Source: an uncultured Methanosarcinales archaeon (GTDB taxonomy: Archaea > Nanobdellota > Nanobdellia > Woesearchaeales > CAZYIM01). From it: a stretch of DNA of 64,000 bases. Below, in pieces: positions 1 to 9,872 of the stretch; within the stretch, counting starts at the first letter, position 1, and each line of letters starts with the position of its first letter. The notes beneath the pieces were generated by a model. It was not told where the DNA came from, did no database searches, and saw only the letters and a list, made by a program, of their open reading frames with translations. The stretch covers positions 1-64,000 of the forward strand of contig CAZYIM010000001.1 in the NCBI GenBank assembly GCA_964647565.1, read 5' to 3'. A program made the translations under genes and the position numbers.

Positions 1-1
1 A

Positions 2-274
2 TTCTTCTATGATGTCAAGGTTTATCAGCCAAAAACGATCCAGTCTGTGGCCTATTTTAGTGTATACATCTGTATTTTCAAAGATTCCACTCTGTACTTT
101 TGTATCTGATTTACGCACAGATGCAATGTCTTTTTGAAATTCGCTAAGCCCCTTATATGGACTTATGTGTGTATTATCAATACTAGCGTATGTAACCAAT
201 TGCCTCTTTCGTCTTTTCTTTATCTTTCCAGGTCCAGCCTCAATCAGCTGGTTTTTATCATTTCTTTTTTCCAT
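2..274 (-). CDS. Hypothetical protein of the basic-N-terminal-motif paralogue family (runs off the window edge; not in the ORF track)
   Basis: Manual translation from ATG 274 gives MEKRNDKNQLIEAGPGKIKKRRKRQLVTY... with no stop before base 1. It overlaps the stop of the upstream paralogue. Confidence 0.75.
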   Translation of the reverse strand, partial: MEKRNDKNQLIEAGPGKIKKRRKRQLVTYASIDNTHISPYKGLSEFQKDIASVRKSDTKVQSGIFENTDVYTKIGHRLDRFWLINLDIIEE

Positions 275-980
275 TTTTTATTATCGGCAAGTTTAATGTT
301 TCTTGAAGGGTTTTGAGCAGATCGCCTCTATCATAATGCACAATAGATTCTATGTTCACTCCTTTGGGTTTAGGCACGTAACTCAAGGTTATTATATGTC
401 CCGGGTAATCCTGCTGCTGCTTAGGTATTGTAGCGTCATCTCTTAGAAAAGGTACATGCCATGCTTGGTTGGTTGGCAACTCTTCACCATCAAGTTCAAT
501 AAAGGTCAGACCATAGCCCGATTCCCTGTTAAGATCTGATATATTCTTATTTATCGCCTTGTTAGAACGTTTAAAGAAACCGGATGCGTCTATTCTTGGT
601 TCCAAAAGCCTGGCAAGATAATTTTTATTTTGATCAATAAAAACATAATATTCAGTATGATCACGATTATGAATTTCCAGACTTTTCTTTGCATTGTCAG
701 CACAATTGTAAACAAGATCACGAAGCAACTTACTTAATCCGACTACAGCATCATGAAATTCAGCAACTTTATGCCAATTACCTTCATAATAATATGCACC
801 ACTGGACTGTGATCCTCTTATCCTTCGCAGAGTCATATCCATCCAGCTAGGATCGAACATTTCCAGGAATTCTTCTTTTAAGAAAGGAGACTTGGTTTTA
901 TCCTGCACTTCTGATTTCAAAATCTTTCTTGGCTTCCTGCCGGATTCATGATTCTCGATTATATCATCTTTTTCAGTCAT
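258..980 (-). CDS. Hypothetical protein, basic-motif paralogue family
   Basis: 240-aa ORF with IIENHESGRKPRK, MFDPxW-MTLRRI and WHVPFLRDDATIP; clearly similar to 982-1755. Confidence 0.8.
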   Translation of the reverse strand: MTEKDDIIENHESGRKPRKILKSEVQDKTKSPFLKEEFLEMFDPSWMDMTLRRIRGSQSSGAYYYEGNWHKVAEFHDAVVGLSKLLRDLVYNCADNAKKSLEIHNRDHTEYYVFIDQNKNYLARLLEPRIDASGFFKRSNKAINKNISDLNRESGYGLTFIELDGEELPTNQAWHVPFLRDDATIPKQQQDYPGHIITLSYVPKPKGVNIESIVHYDRGDLLKTLQETLNLPIIKNGKKK

Positions 981-981
981 T

Positions 982-1755
982 TTATTCCTCTGCCCCTGAT
1001 TTTTGTATCTTGTGGATATGCATTTTCAAAAAACCGTAAAGTTGTTCTTTCTGATATGATTCAATCTTTGTGATCCCGACTCTTTTGTCCTCTGAATATT
1101 GCAATGTCAATATATGAGGTAAATTATCGCGTTTATTAGCAGGGATTAACTGATCATCAACTAGAAGAGGTATATGTAGGCCTTTGTTATTGAGTTTTTT
1201 ATGCTCATCAAGCTCGATAATAGTCAGACCGTAGTTCACGTCTCTTTTTATCTCTCTTATTGTTTCATTGATATAAGAATTAGAATATTGTAACATATCT
1301 TGTGAAAAAGAAGGTAATCTTATTCTTGCATAGAAATTCAGTCTAGGATGACCAAGATATTTCAATACGCCCTCAACTTTCATTATCCCACTAGTAGGTT
1401 TAGTTCCAAGAACTTTAATATCAACAAATTGCATATCCTCCTTAGTATCATGATCTTTTTTTAAGAAATCTAGCTGGATCTTACTTAGCAAATGCTCAAC
1501 TCCAACAATATCATCATGGAAAACCCCGACCTTAAACCATTGAAGACTATCTGAACCAATTTGGTATTTGCTTGAGATTTCTGAATATATCCTTCTAAGC
1601 GTCATCCGGGCCCATTCTGGATCAAACATGTTCCTGATATCAGAATCTATTAATTCGCGAGGATATATTGGATTCTTATCCAATTTTAGTGCCCTCCTTG
1701 GCTTCCTGCCGGATTCATGATTCTCAATTATATTTTGATCATCTTTTTCGTTCAT
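982..1755 (-). CDS. Hypothetical protein, basic-motif paralogue family
   Basis: 257-aa ORF with IIENHESGRKPRR, YGLTxIELD and GLHIPLLVDDQLIP. Confidence 0.8.
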   Translation of the reverse strand: MNEKDDQNIIENHESGRKPRRALKLDKNPIYPRELIDSDIRNMFDPEWARMTLRRIYSEISSKYQIGSDSLQWFKVGVFHDDIVGVEHLLSKIQLDFLKKDHDTKEDMQFVDIKVLGTKPTSGIMKVEGVLKYLGHPRLNFYARIRLPSFSQDMLQYSNSYINETIREIKRDVNYGLTIIELDEHKKLNNKGLHIPLLVDDQLIPANKRDNLPHILTLQYSEDKRVGITKIESYQKEQLYGFLKMHIHKIQKSGAEE

Positions 1756-2570
1756 TTTTTACCCCCGTACTTGATTATGGCATCCTCTAAGCATCCTACG
1801 AAATGCATGTCTGGCGTGCAGTAGATGTTTCCATGGCAGCTTAATCGTGTCTCGTTCACAGTCTCATAATGGTAGAGCTCTGACTTTTTCTTTTCTGCAA
1901 AGTGCTTCACATAGAAGATATGCCAACTGTTATTCTCTGTTTCCTCGGGGATCCGGGTATCACCTGCAATCAAAGGAACAAATAGTCCTTCCCTGACCTC
2001 AGCTTTCTTATCTGCCTTGAAGAATATCTGCAGGTTGAATTGATTAGGTCCTCTGCAGGATAATGCATTCCACATCTTGCTGATCTCAGGCATATATAGA
2101 TATCTTGAAACTTTCTTTTGGAAAGAGATGCTTCGTTCCTGCAGATATCTAGTTTTCTCTTCGACTAATGGAAGTGTCATGTCTGCAAACTCAATTTGGG
2201 GAAAGCGGGGTATGGAAGTGAAATCATATTGATTTGTAAATTGGTGTTCATATTTTTTTCTGGCATATTTGGCACCCAGGAACAATTCCTCTATAATGCC
2301 AGGTTCTATAAGTATAAATGGCCAATCCGATCGTCCCCATATTGTCTTAAAGTATTCCTGATTCTCAAAAGTGTCCTTTGTTAGTATCTCTCCAGACTCA
2401 TCCACCTCTTTCACGCGTTTATGATATTCCTTGAGATAACGATAGGGGGTGTCAAAGCCATCAGTCTCATTATATAATTCAGCGACCATCTTCAATTTCT
2501 TTTTTTTCTTTATCTTGCCGCTTCCAGCTTTAATAAATAAATGACCGTCACCTGTGGATACGAGTGTCAT
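1752..2570 (-). CDS. Hypothetical protein, basic-motif paralogue family
   Basis: 272-aa ORF with FIKAGSGKIKKKKK, FPQIEFA and GLFVPLIAGDTRIP; 4-bp ATGA overlaps with neighbours. Confidence 0.8.
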   Translation of the reverse strand: MTLVSTGDGHLFIKAGSGKIKKKKKLKMVAELYNETDGFDTPYRYLKEYHKRVKEVDESGEILTKDTFENQEYFKTIWGRSDWPFILIEPGIIEELFLGAKYARKKYEHQFTNQYDFTSIPRFPQIEFADMTLPLVEEKTRYLQERSISFQKKVSRYLYMPEISKMWNALSCRGPNQFNLQIFFKADKKAEVREGLFVPLIAGDTRIPEETENNSWHIFYVKHFAEKKKSELYHYETVNETRLSCHGNIYCTPDMHFVGCLEDAIIKYGGKK

Positions 2571-3370
2571 CTTTTCCCTCCATTCTCTTCAATGGATCTC
2601 TGAAGATATTTGTTGAACAGGACGCCGTCATAGTCATGCGGGCTTGCCTTGATATCTACATATAGTCTGGTCTGTCTGGGCTTGTCCTGGTATTTCACCT
2701 TGAAGCATAGCATATCCATGTGTTTCATATCAGCAGGCACTCTTGGATCTCCCTTGATTATAGGCATGAACAGGCCTTGCCTATTGTTCTTATCTCCTTT
2801 CTTTGGCTTGAAAATGATGTAGAATCCGAAGTTGCTCAGGGTGTTGTGCCCAAAAGAGCCCGATATGTTGTATATCAGGGGATGCTTGATAAGATGTCTC
2901 AATTCTTTATCAATCCCAGGTCTATTCATATCTTTGAATTCTTCGTCTGCATAGACATATGGAAATCTGGCACATGCAAGTTCAATATTTGGGAATTTTG
3001 TTATTTTGTCAAAACAGAATTCGTGAGTTGCATATATCTCCTTTTTCCAATGGCTCCTTGCATCAGCAAAGCAGGTATTTATGATGCTCATCGGATTGAT
3101 ATATGTGCAATCGTTAAATGCTAGTTCTGAATAGGTCTCTTCAAGGCGCTTGATTTGATCTGGATGTGATGATTCAAGGGATTCTATTGTTTCTTTTAGA
3201 TTTTTACCTTCATCCTCAAGTATTTTCTGTTTGCCCTTGTATGATTTTCTATTGGTAAAAGGGGTAAAAGGACCGAAGAAAATAGTATTTTTCTCAATTT
3301 CCCCGACAAAAGGCGCCTTTTTCTTTCTTCTTGGCTTCTTGCCAGACCCAGCATCGATAAGCTTGCTCAT
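2567..3370 (-). CDS. Hypothetical protein, basic-motif paralogue family
   Basis: 267-aa ORF with LIDAGSGKKPRRKKK, FPNIELA and GLFMPIIKGDPRVP. Confidence 0.8.
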   Translation of the reverse strand: MSKLIDAGSGKKPRRKKKAPFVGEIEKNTIFFGPFTPFTNRKSYKGKQKILEDEGKNLKETIESLESSHPDQIKRLEETYSELAFNDCTYINPMSIINTCFADARSHWKKEIYATHEFCFDKITKFPNIELACARFPYVYADEEFKDMNRPGIDKELRHLIKHPLIYNISGSFGHNTLSNFGFYIIFKPKKGDKNNRQGLFMPIIKGDPRVPADMKHMDMLCFKVKYQDKPRQTRLYVDIKASPHDYDGVLFNKYLQRSIEENGGKR

Positions 3371-4251
3371 TTTCTCACACTCCCAATCTTCCTTATTGAC
3401 CAGCCTAAATCCTGGATAAAATTATCTGCCCTGTATGTATTCGGAGGACTATAATGCGCCTCGAACAGCTCTGTCCTTCTTGGCTTGTTATGATAGCTGA
3501 CCCTGTAGGCCAATCCGTCACAATCCTTGTGCTTATCAGCAACCCTGGGATCTCCTTTCATCAATGGCATGAAAAAGCCCTGTTGGAAGTTTTTATCACC
3601 TTCCTTGGGCTTGAAGACAATATAGAATCCACAATGTTTAAAACATCCATATTCAAATGACGCTGAGATATTGTGAAGAAGGGGATTTTTTAGTTGCGGC
3701 TTCCACTCAGCACGGAATGCAGGATTCTTGTCCATACTTTCAAGTTCTTTATCTGAAAAAACCATTGGGAATCTAGCAAATGCAATTTCTATATGCGGAT
3801 ATTTGACTACATTATCAAATAATAATTCATTTAAAAAATAACTGCCCCGGGTCCAATTGCATCTTGCGTCTGCAAAATAAGATTTGATGATCTTCATAGG
3901 ATCAATATATGTGCAACCAGTACGCACAAAATCATAATAGTATGATGCAAGTTGGTCTATGCGTCTTGTTTGCTTCCTGGCTAAATCTTCAAAAGAAGAG
4001 GTTGAAGCATTAAGAATCATTAGTTGTGCCTTATATCTTATATTTTCATTCCAGTTATTCTTCTTTTCAAACGGGCCAAAGAAATGTTCTTTTTTAGAAA
4101 TCTCCCTCATAAATTGCGCTTTAGGCTTGCGCCTTGGCTTCTTGCCAGAGCTATCGTTCTTGATTATAGTGGTGCTTGGATTATCTTCTAAGGAGTCTGC
4201 TGATAGTGTACTCTTTCCAGAGGTAGTTTCCATTCCCAAGTCCATATGCAT
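3367..4251 (-). CDS. Hypothetical protein, basic-motif paralogue family (first gene of the operon)
   Basis: 294-aa ORF with IIKNDSSGKKPRRKPK, YPHIEIA and GFFMPLMKGDPRVA; closest to 2567-3370. Confidence 0.8.
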   Translation of the reverse strand: MHMDLGMETTSGKSTLSADSLEDNPSTTIIKNDSSGKKPRRKPKAQFMREISKKEHFFGPFEKKNNWNENIRYKAQLMILNASTSSFEDLARKQTRRIDQLASYYYDFVRTGCTYIDPMKIIKSYFADARCNWTRGSYFLNELLFDNVVKYPHIEIAFARFPMVFSDKELESMDKNPAFRAEWKPQLKNPLLHNISASFEYGCFKHCGFYIVFKPKEGDKNFQQGFFMPLMKGDPRVADKHKDCDGLAYRVSYHNKPRRTELFEAHYSPPNTYRADNFIQDLGWSIRKIGSVRK

Positions 4252-4427
4252 CCCTCAAACTACCAACTCCCCTTTTTTTACTATGGGAGGGTAAAAACAT
4301 TTATAAATGTTGTGTAATTTACCGTCTAAAAAAGCACAATATAAACATAATAAATATGGATAATCATTTTTTAGTGGTGAAATAACGAAAGCTTTAAAAG
4401 GAAAAAACCACTATTTAGCTATAAAAA

Positions 4428-5168
4428 ATGACAAAAAAATTTGTTTTCATAGATCTTGACGGCAGCCTGATACACGAACAGTCAGGACCAGAAGAGACCA
4501 TACCAATACAGGACGGGCTCTTCTATATAGCCAAGCAGGCCCTGGATGAGATGGACAGGATCCGTTCAACAGGGTATAAAATTGGCCTGATCACAGGCAA
4601 ACGCCAAAGGAACTATGAAAAAGCAACCAGATTGATACCTCACGATTTCGGCATTCTTGAGCACGGAAGTGTTATCATAAAAGGCGCTCAAATAAACCAA
4701 GATTGGCATTCACAGATGCAGGCGGTAAATAACGGATCTTTAGAAACTTATCTTCAGGATCTTCAGTCAGAAGGATACAACACAGATTCACACGGCAGGC
4801 ATGCAAGCGCCAGAGTATTTCACAATACTGCAGATGACCTTTCTGAAAATGAAAAAAAAGAAGTTGAGACCAGGGGCCATCCAGAAGGCATCACAACCAC
4901 AAGAAACAAGGGATTCTTAGACCTGATACCTATGCAGGCAGGCAAGGCCAACGCCATCAAGTACATCATCGGCAACAATGGTCCAAAAAAAGTGTTCTGT
5001 ATTGGAGATGATATCAATGATCTAAGCATGCTGGGAATGGGCTACAACTCCATGACCCTGGCAAGTGGATTTTCTGAGGCCATCGAGATGGTCAAAAAGG
5101 TCGACGGCTATGTTTCCCCGTATAAGTTCCACGCAGGAACAATAGATATGCTTAAACAGATAAAATAA
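4428..5168 (+). CDS. HAD-superfamily hydrolase, Cof/IIB-like
   Basis: Motifs DLDGSL, ITGK, GKANAI and IGDDINDLSM. Confidence 0.85.
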   Translation: MTKKFVFIDLDGSLIHEQSGPEETIPIQDGLFYIAKQALDEMDRIRSTGYKIGLITGKRQRNYEKATRLIPHDFGILEHGSVIIKGAQINQDWHSQMQAVNNGSLETYLQDLQSEGYNTDSHGRHASARVFHNTADDLSENEKKEVETRGHPEGITTTRNKGFLDLIPMQAGKANAIKYIIGNNGPKKVFCIGDDINDLSMLGMGYNSMTLASGFSEAIEMVKKVDGYVSPYKFHAGTIDMLKQIK

Positions 5169-5257
5169 CTACTTCTTGGTGGTAAAAAACCGAAACATTT
5201 ATATACTAGCAAAACAATAAATATAGTATATTAGGGGAAATAATCAATCTAAATGAG

Positions 5258-5866
5258 GTGGCAAACATGACTCTACTCGAAAGCGTAACAGAACACGCAA
5301 AACAACAACACGACGAACAATGGTCTTTTCTAAACGGAAACTCCATTGCATTTCTAGGAATTAACCTAATTTACAGGGCATTGCATAAAAACAAAAAAAA
5401 TATGAAAGAAGCAGTATTAAAGAAGATCAAACACTTAATCGAATCTGCAAATGAGAGAAAAGATGACAATATCACCGTTAACACAATATATCACACACAA
5501 ACAGCAAACAATTATATAGGAATGAATACAAAACGTGAAAAAGATCATGACGCAGACCAAGCTGATTTTCAGGCTTTCAAAGCAAATTATCTCTTCATAA
5601 GAAAACTTCTGCAGCACGAAGATGAGGCAGAGACATATGATGAGGCTGTAAGGGCCCATTTTAAGACAGCAGAAAACTATCGAACAGTCAGAGAGAATAT
5701 CATTGAATCAATCTATGAATATCACATGGCAAGAAACAAGGCACCAGGCAGAATAAACATAAACATAATTTCGCCAGCTAAAACTCGTGAATTCATGAAA
5801 CAGCAGTCATTAAAAGACGTACAAAGAATATTCCCAGAGTATAATCAGTTAAAACTAGAAATTTAA
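5258..5866 (+). CDS. Hypothetical protein
   Basis: 202-aa ORF with no recognised motif; probably co-transcribed with the next gene. Confidence 0.6.
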   Translation: MANMTLLESVTEHAKQQHDEQWSFLNGNSIAFLGINLIYRALHKNKKNMKEAVLKKIKHLIESANERKDDNITVNTIYHTQTANNYIGMNTKREKDHDADQADFQAFKANYLFIRKLLQHEDEAETYDEAVRAHFKTAENYRTVRENIIESIYEYHMARNKAPGRININIISPAKTREFMKQQSLKDVQRIFPEYNQLKLEI

Positions 5867-5877
5867 ACAGTGATAAC

Positions 5878-6972
5878 ATGAAACACATAATAATCTCAGA
5901 CACACACTCACCGCAGTGCGCAGAAAAGGCATATTCAATGCTTGCAGATTTCCTGCCTAATAAGCCAGACATCGATGCAATTGTTGTCAATGGCGACCTA
6001 TTGGGAATCTTCTCTATGGCATCCAGCTGCCTGCATAAGGGAACCATGATTCCTAAAGAGCAGATGATGGCCTACTTGCAGGCTGCCGCGCCAAGATTCT
6101 ATAAGATATTCATGCAGACTGGACAAGTAACCCCTGAACTCGCAACTCAATTCGTGGCTGAGCGATACCTCTGGGCAGCAAAAATGTTGGAAAAATTCGC
6201 TAAACTAAGAATGACCTTCTTCAACATGGGCAATCATGAATCACCTTTACATTTTCTGGTCTTAAGAGAACTGACCTTTCTTACTGGCTGCGATCGCTCA
6301 ATTCCTGACCAGATCAACAAGAACAAGCTGGAGGACATCTTCAAGGCTTTTGAATACAAGCTTAGGCAGATGGAAAAGAAACTCAACTTCAGATATTTGA
6401 GAAAAACTCCTTTGCTGATGGGAGAAACCCTTGTCTTGGGCATCCCCGGCGAGAGCCACGACACTTCAGAAGAGGATTTCCATTCCCAAAAACAAGAAGA
6501 GAACACAGCCAATCTGATTAAGACCATAGAACCTGCACTCCAGAGAGCAACTTCAATCATAATTTATAATCATACCCAGGGCAAATACAATCGAAGCACA
6601 GGCGAATTCGAGTGTGCATCAAAATCACTTGCTGATTTCATGAAAAACATGCCTGAAAATATAAAAACAAAAATATTTGTTCAGTCGCACAACCATTGGA
6701 GCCATACCCAGTTCTTTGAAAAGAACGGCTTCCACTTTGTGATGAATAATGCAGGTCTTCACGCAGGCATCTTCAATGCAATTGCTTTGGAAAATGACCA
6801 GGTCAAGTGCTTTGACCTTGATCCTAATGAAAACAGGATCACTCCTTTGAAGCTCTTCACATCAGACAACAATTTAGTTATCGATGACGAGGATGTCATT
6901 GCCAGGAACTATCCAGAGCCGGAATATGTTATTAAGAGGAAAAACACTTGCTCTGCAATTTCCCTTACCTAA
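5878..6972 (+). CDS. Calcineurin-like metallophosphoesterase
   Basis: Metal-binding motifs ISDTH, NGDL, GNHE and SHNH. Confidence 0.8.
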   Translation: MKHIIISDTHSPQCAEKAYSMLADFLPNKPDIDAIVVNGDLLGIFSMASSCLHKGTMIPKEQMMAYLQAAAPRFYKIFMQTGQVTPELATQFVAERYLWAAKMLEKFAKLRMTFFNMGNHESPLHFLVLRELTFLTGCDRSIPDQINKNKLEDIFKAFEYKLRQMEKKLNFRYLRKTPLLMGETLVLGIPGESHDTSEEDFHSQKQEENTANLIKTIEPALQRATSIIIYNHTQGKYNRSTGEFECASKSLADFMKNMPENIKTKIFVQSHNHWSHTQFFEKNGFHFVMNNAGLHAGIFNAIALENDQVKCFDLDPNENRITPLKLFTSDNNLVIDDEDVIARNYPEPEYVIKRKNTCSAISLT

Positions 6973-7733
6973 AGTCCTTTCCTTGCATTCTTGATATAAC
7001 CTTCAACCTTCTCAGCAACTAGTTTTCTATCTTCCATCAACTTCCCTTCTGCATCTATACAGAAGTCTGCAGGATAGTCAGCTCTAATTTTCCTCACTCT
7101 TGCTTCTACATTATCACCAAAAAAACCTCCTGCAATGCCAATTACAGTTGTCGGCATAACATCATAGAGCCTGTTCATGAAATCAATACCTTCACTAATT
7201 TCAAATTCCTTACCTTTGCCGCCCGAGGGATCGATCAACGCATAGTCTACAAATTCATCGTAAGATTTCGCTCTACCTAGAATATCATCCATGGTCATCC
7301 CTTTTGTCGCTCTTTTCGGGAATTGCAATACTATCTGCATCTGGGGAAAATCATTCTTGATTAAATCAAGTTGATTTATCCGAGGCCAATCCACATTAAG
7401 CTGTACTGCGCTGCAAATTCCCTGTCCATACATGTCACCAAACTTTTTGAAAAGCCTTTTGACTCCAAGATGCATATAATCGTAATGGGGGGTATGGTAG
7501 TGCATCATAGCCAAACCCCATTTTGGCACATGGCTGGCCAGTTCTGATACCATTGATGCTGCCGGCGCAGTCCTGCCAGCCTTCCATGGCTGCTGCATCC
7601 CTTTGTATGACACCAAAAAGCCGAACATAGCCAGATGACTCCCTTTATCAAAGCTATTTTCCTTAAAACTTTTAGCTGCCTTTTCTATCCCTTCCCTAGT
7701 CTTAAATCCAGTCACTCCGACATATGGTTTCAT
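6969..7733 (-). CDS. TIM-barrel protein, phosphoribosylanthranilate-isomerase-like
   Basis: YVGVTG, VQLN, LIDPSGGKG, IAGG and IDAEG pattern. Start placed at ATG 7733 after an AGGTGA RBS. Confidence 0.55.
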   Translation of the reverse strand: MKPYVGVTGFKTREGIEKAAKSFKENSFDKGSHLAMFGFLVSYKGMQQPWKAGRTAPAASMVSELASHVPKWGLAMMHYHTPHYDYMHLGVKRLFKKFGDMYGQGICSAVQLNVDWPRINQLDLIKNDFPQMQIVLQFPKRATKGMTMDDILGRAKSYDEFVDYALIDPSGGKGKEFEISEGIDFMNRLYDVMPTTVIGIAGGFFGDNVEARVRKIRADYPADFCIDAEGKLMEDRKLVAEKVEGYIKNARKGL

Positions 7734-7854
7734 GTGTATCACCTAATGTCAGAACTCAAGAGTAACAGTTAAACTTTATCCATAATCTATATATTTTTGT
7801 TTAATTAGTTATATTTTTCGAAAGATTTATATATTAGCAAACATACCCTAAATC

Positions 7855-8733
7855 ATGCACAGAAAATTAATACAATTATCACCTTCTACATCAGTAGTTT
7901 CCCTGCCTTCCAAGTGGGTAAAGATGAACAAATTGGAAAAAGGATCTGAGCTGGATGTGGATGAAAAAGAGAACAAGATTGTCATATCAACTCAAAGCCA
8001 GAAGTCAGAGAAAGAGATATCAATAGATATAACCAACCTTAAGGACAGGCTGTTTTGGGCCTATCTCGATGCAGCTTACATCGCGGGCTACGATGTCATC
8101 AACCTGCACAGCGAGGACCAAAAACAGCTCAATCTAATGTCCAAGGTTGCCAAGTCATTTCCCGGCATGATAGTGGTCGAGCAAAGAAAGAACTCAGCCA
8201 CCTTAAAGGACCTGGCAGGCGAAAACAAGGAAGATATCGATAAGATACTCAATCGTATCTTTCATATGAACACAGTACTTATTGAAGATGCCCTCGAAGC
8301 AGTAAAAAACAGTGACTGGGAGACCCTTGTGATCATGAAGAAGAGGGATCATATCATCAACAGCTATGTAAGCTACTGTATGAGACAGATCAATAGGTTC
8401 GGCTACACTCCATACTCAAAAGGAGGTGTCATGCATACATTCTTAAAACTTATTGAGATAATCTCCGACAAGATCACAGCCCTTTTCGAGGAGATTGGTG
8501 AAAAGCATATCAAGGTAGAGCCAAAAATCATAAGCAAGCTCCTTGAGATCTACCAGCTTATGCGAACGGCACATATGAAATACTCTCAAGACAAGATGAT
8601 TGAATTCCATAAAGCAAGAGAAGCCTTGCCAAAGCCATTCAAGCAAGCCAACAAGAAGATAGTTGGAAGACTGATGGAACTTATGCACTTATTCTATGAC
8701 CTAGAAGAGGTCGAGACACAGCTGCACGTCTGA
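7855..8733 (+). CDS. AbrB-PhoU fusion phosphate-uptake regulator
   Basis: N-terminal RKLIQ...SLPSKWV...LEKGSEL, then AYIAGYD and a helical PhoU-like region. Confidence 0.8.
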   Translation: MHRKLIQLSPSTSVVSLPSKWVKMNKLEKGSELDVDEKENKIVISTQSQKSEKEISIDITNLKDRLFWAYLDAAYIAGYDVINLHSEDQKQLNLMSKVAKSFPGMIVVEQRKNSATLKDLAGENKEDIDKILNRIFHMNTVLIEDALEAVKNSDWETLVIMKKRDHIINSYVSYCMRQINRFGYTPYSKGGVMHTFLKLIEIISDKITALFEEIGEKHIKVEPKIISKLLEIYQLMRTAHMKYSQDKMIEFHKAREALPKPFKQANKKIVGRLMELMHLFYDLEEVETQLHV

Positions 8734-8736
8734 TAA

Positions 8737-9042
8737 TCATATATGCGTCAAGATAGCGGCAATTTCTACTGCTAATAAGATGGTAAGCACCACAATCTTG
8801 GTCACAATATTGATGATCCTGAATGTTGAACCGTGCTTGCTCTGGAAATTCCTGATCAATGTAAAGACAATCAAGCCTATTCCAACCAACCAGACTATCA
8901 AGCCAGGCACCAGCGATCCCATTGTGATGATATAGCCGATCACACATACCATGATGCCAAAGGCAAACATACCTGCGTACTTGGCTCCCTTTGCTTCCTT
9001 GTTAAAATCCGGATTAAAGGTCGATGGTTTTTCTTCTGCCAT
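8737..9042 (-). CDS. Small membrane protein (about 3 TM helices)
   Basis: Three hydrophobic segments. Confidence 0.65.
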   Translation of the reverse strand: MAEEKPSTFNPDFNKEAKGAKYAGMFAFGIMVCVIGYIITMGSLVPGLIVWLVGIGLIVFTLIRNFQSKHGSTFRIINIVTKIVVLTILLAVEIAAILTHI

Positions 9043-9114
9043 AATCTCTCTTTAGAATTAGTTTATTTAAATCTATTGGAAAAGTTATTATATATCTTCA
9101 TCTTATCAGATCCA

Positions 9115-9861
9115 ATGGCAAAAACCGAAACAGCCATAGGATGTATCATGCCGCTTGATGAATTGTCAGCAATGGATAAATATGCTAACTATCTTCATCT
9201 CGCAGACTATGTCTATCACTCCAACAGGATCGAGAACATCATAACAGACTACATAGGTACACATTCTGAAGAGAATCCCTTCATTCCACAACCAGAGTTC
9301 AGCCAACACTATGAAACATTAGAATATGTTTTCCACCACAACGCGCACAAGTCTCCAAGAGAGGATGATATCAAGTTTATACATGGCATCATGATGCAAG
9401 GCCTATTGGATAATGCAGGACAATACCGAAAGCAAAAGTTATGGATAGGCAGGATGGGAACAGTCCATTACCAGCAGATACCCAAGCTTATGGACTCGCT
9501 AGAAAGCCAAATTCTCGAACTTGAAACAAAAGAAAAAGTTACAAGGGAAGACATCTGGCATATTCACAACTCATTCGAACTGATACATCCATTCACAGAC
9601 GGTAACGGCCGGACAGGAAGGCTATTGTTAAACTGGCTCTCACTACGCCACCTTCAACAATTCGAGACCATTCATTGGACTAAGAGATGGGCATATTATG
9701 ATATTATTGAAGCAGACCGCCAAGTGTTTAGAAAATCGAATCCAGGAATTAGTTTCTACAGAAACTTCAGTAAGAAAAAATGGCATGAGCTCAACAAGAA
9801 AAGGGAAGATAATTATAGACTGTATATGTTGAAAGAACTCAGCAAATATGATTTTAAGTAG
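9115..9861 (+). CDS. Fic/DOC family protein with an N-terminal inhibitory motif
   Basis: HPFTDGNGRTGR catalytic motif and SNRIEN inhibitory motif. Start moved to ATG 9115 because the longer ORF overlaps the divergent gene. Confidence 0.9.
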   Translation: MAKTETAIGCIMPLDELSAMDKYANYLHLADYVYHSNRIENIITDYIGTHSEENPFIPQPEFSQHYETLEYVFHHNAHKSPREDDIKFIHGIMMQGLLDNAGQYRKQKLWIGRMGTVHYQQIPKLMDSLESQILELETKEKVTREDIWHIHNSFELIHPFTDGNGRTGRLLLNWLSLRHLQQFETIHWTKRWAYYDIIEADRQVFRKSNPGISFYRNFSKKKWHELNKKREDNYRLYMLKELSKYDFK

Positions 9862-9872
9862 GATGAATAATT

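Noticed and set aside
4260..4293. Short hairpin (CTCCC...GGGAG) in the leader of the paralogue operon
   Set aside because: The stem is too short to distinguish from chance or to call a riboswitch.
8833..9114. N-terminal extension of the Fic ORF in the ORF track
   Set aside because: It overlaps the divergent membrane-protein gene. ATG 9115 follows a TATA-like box and is the more plausible start.
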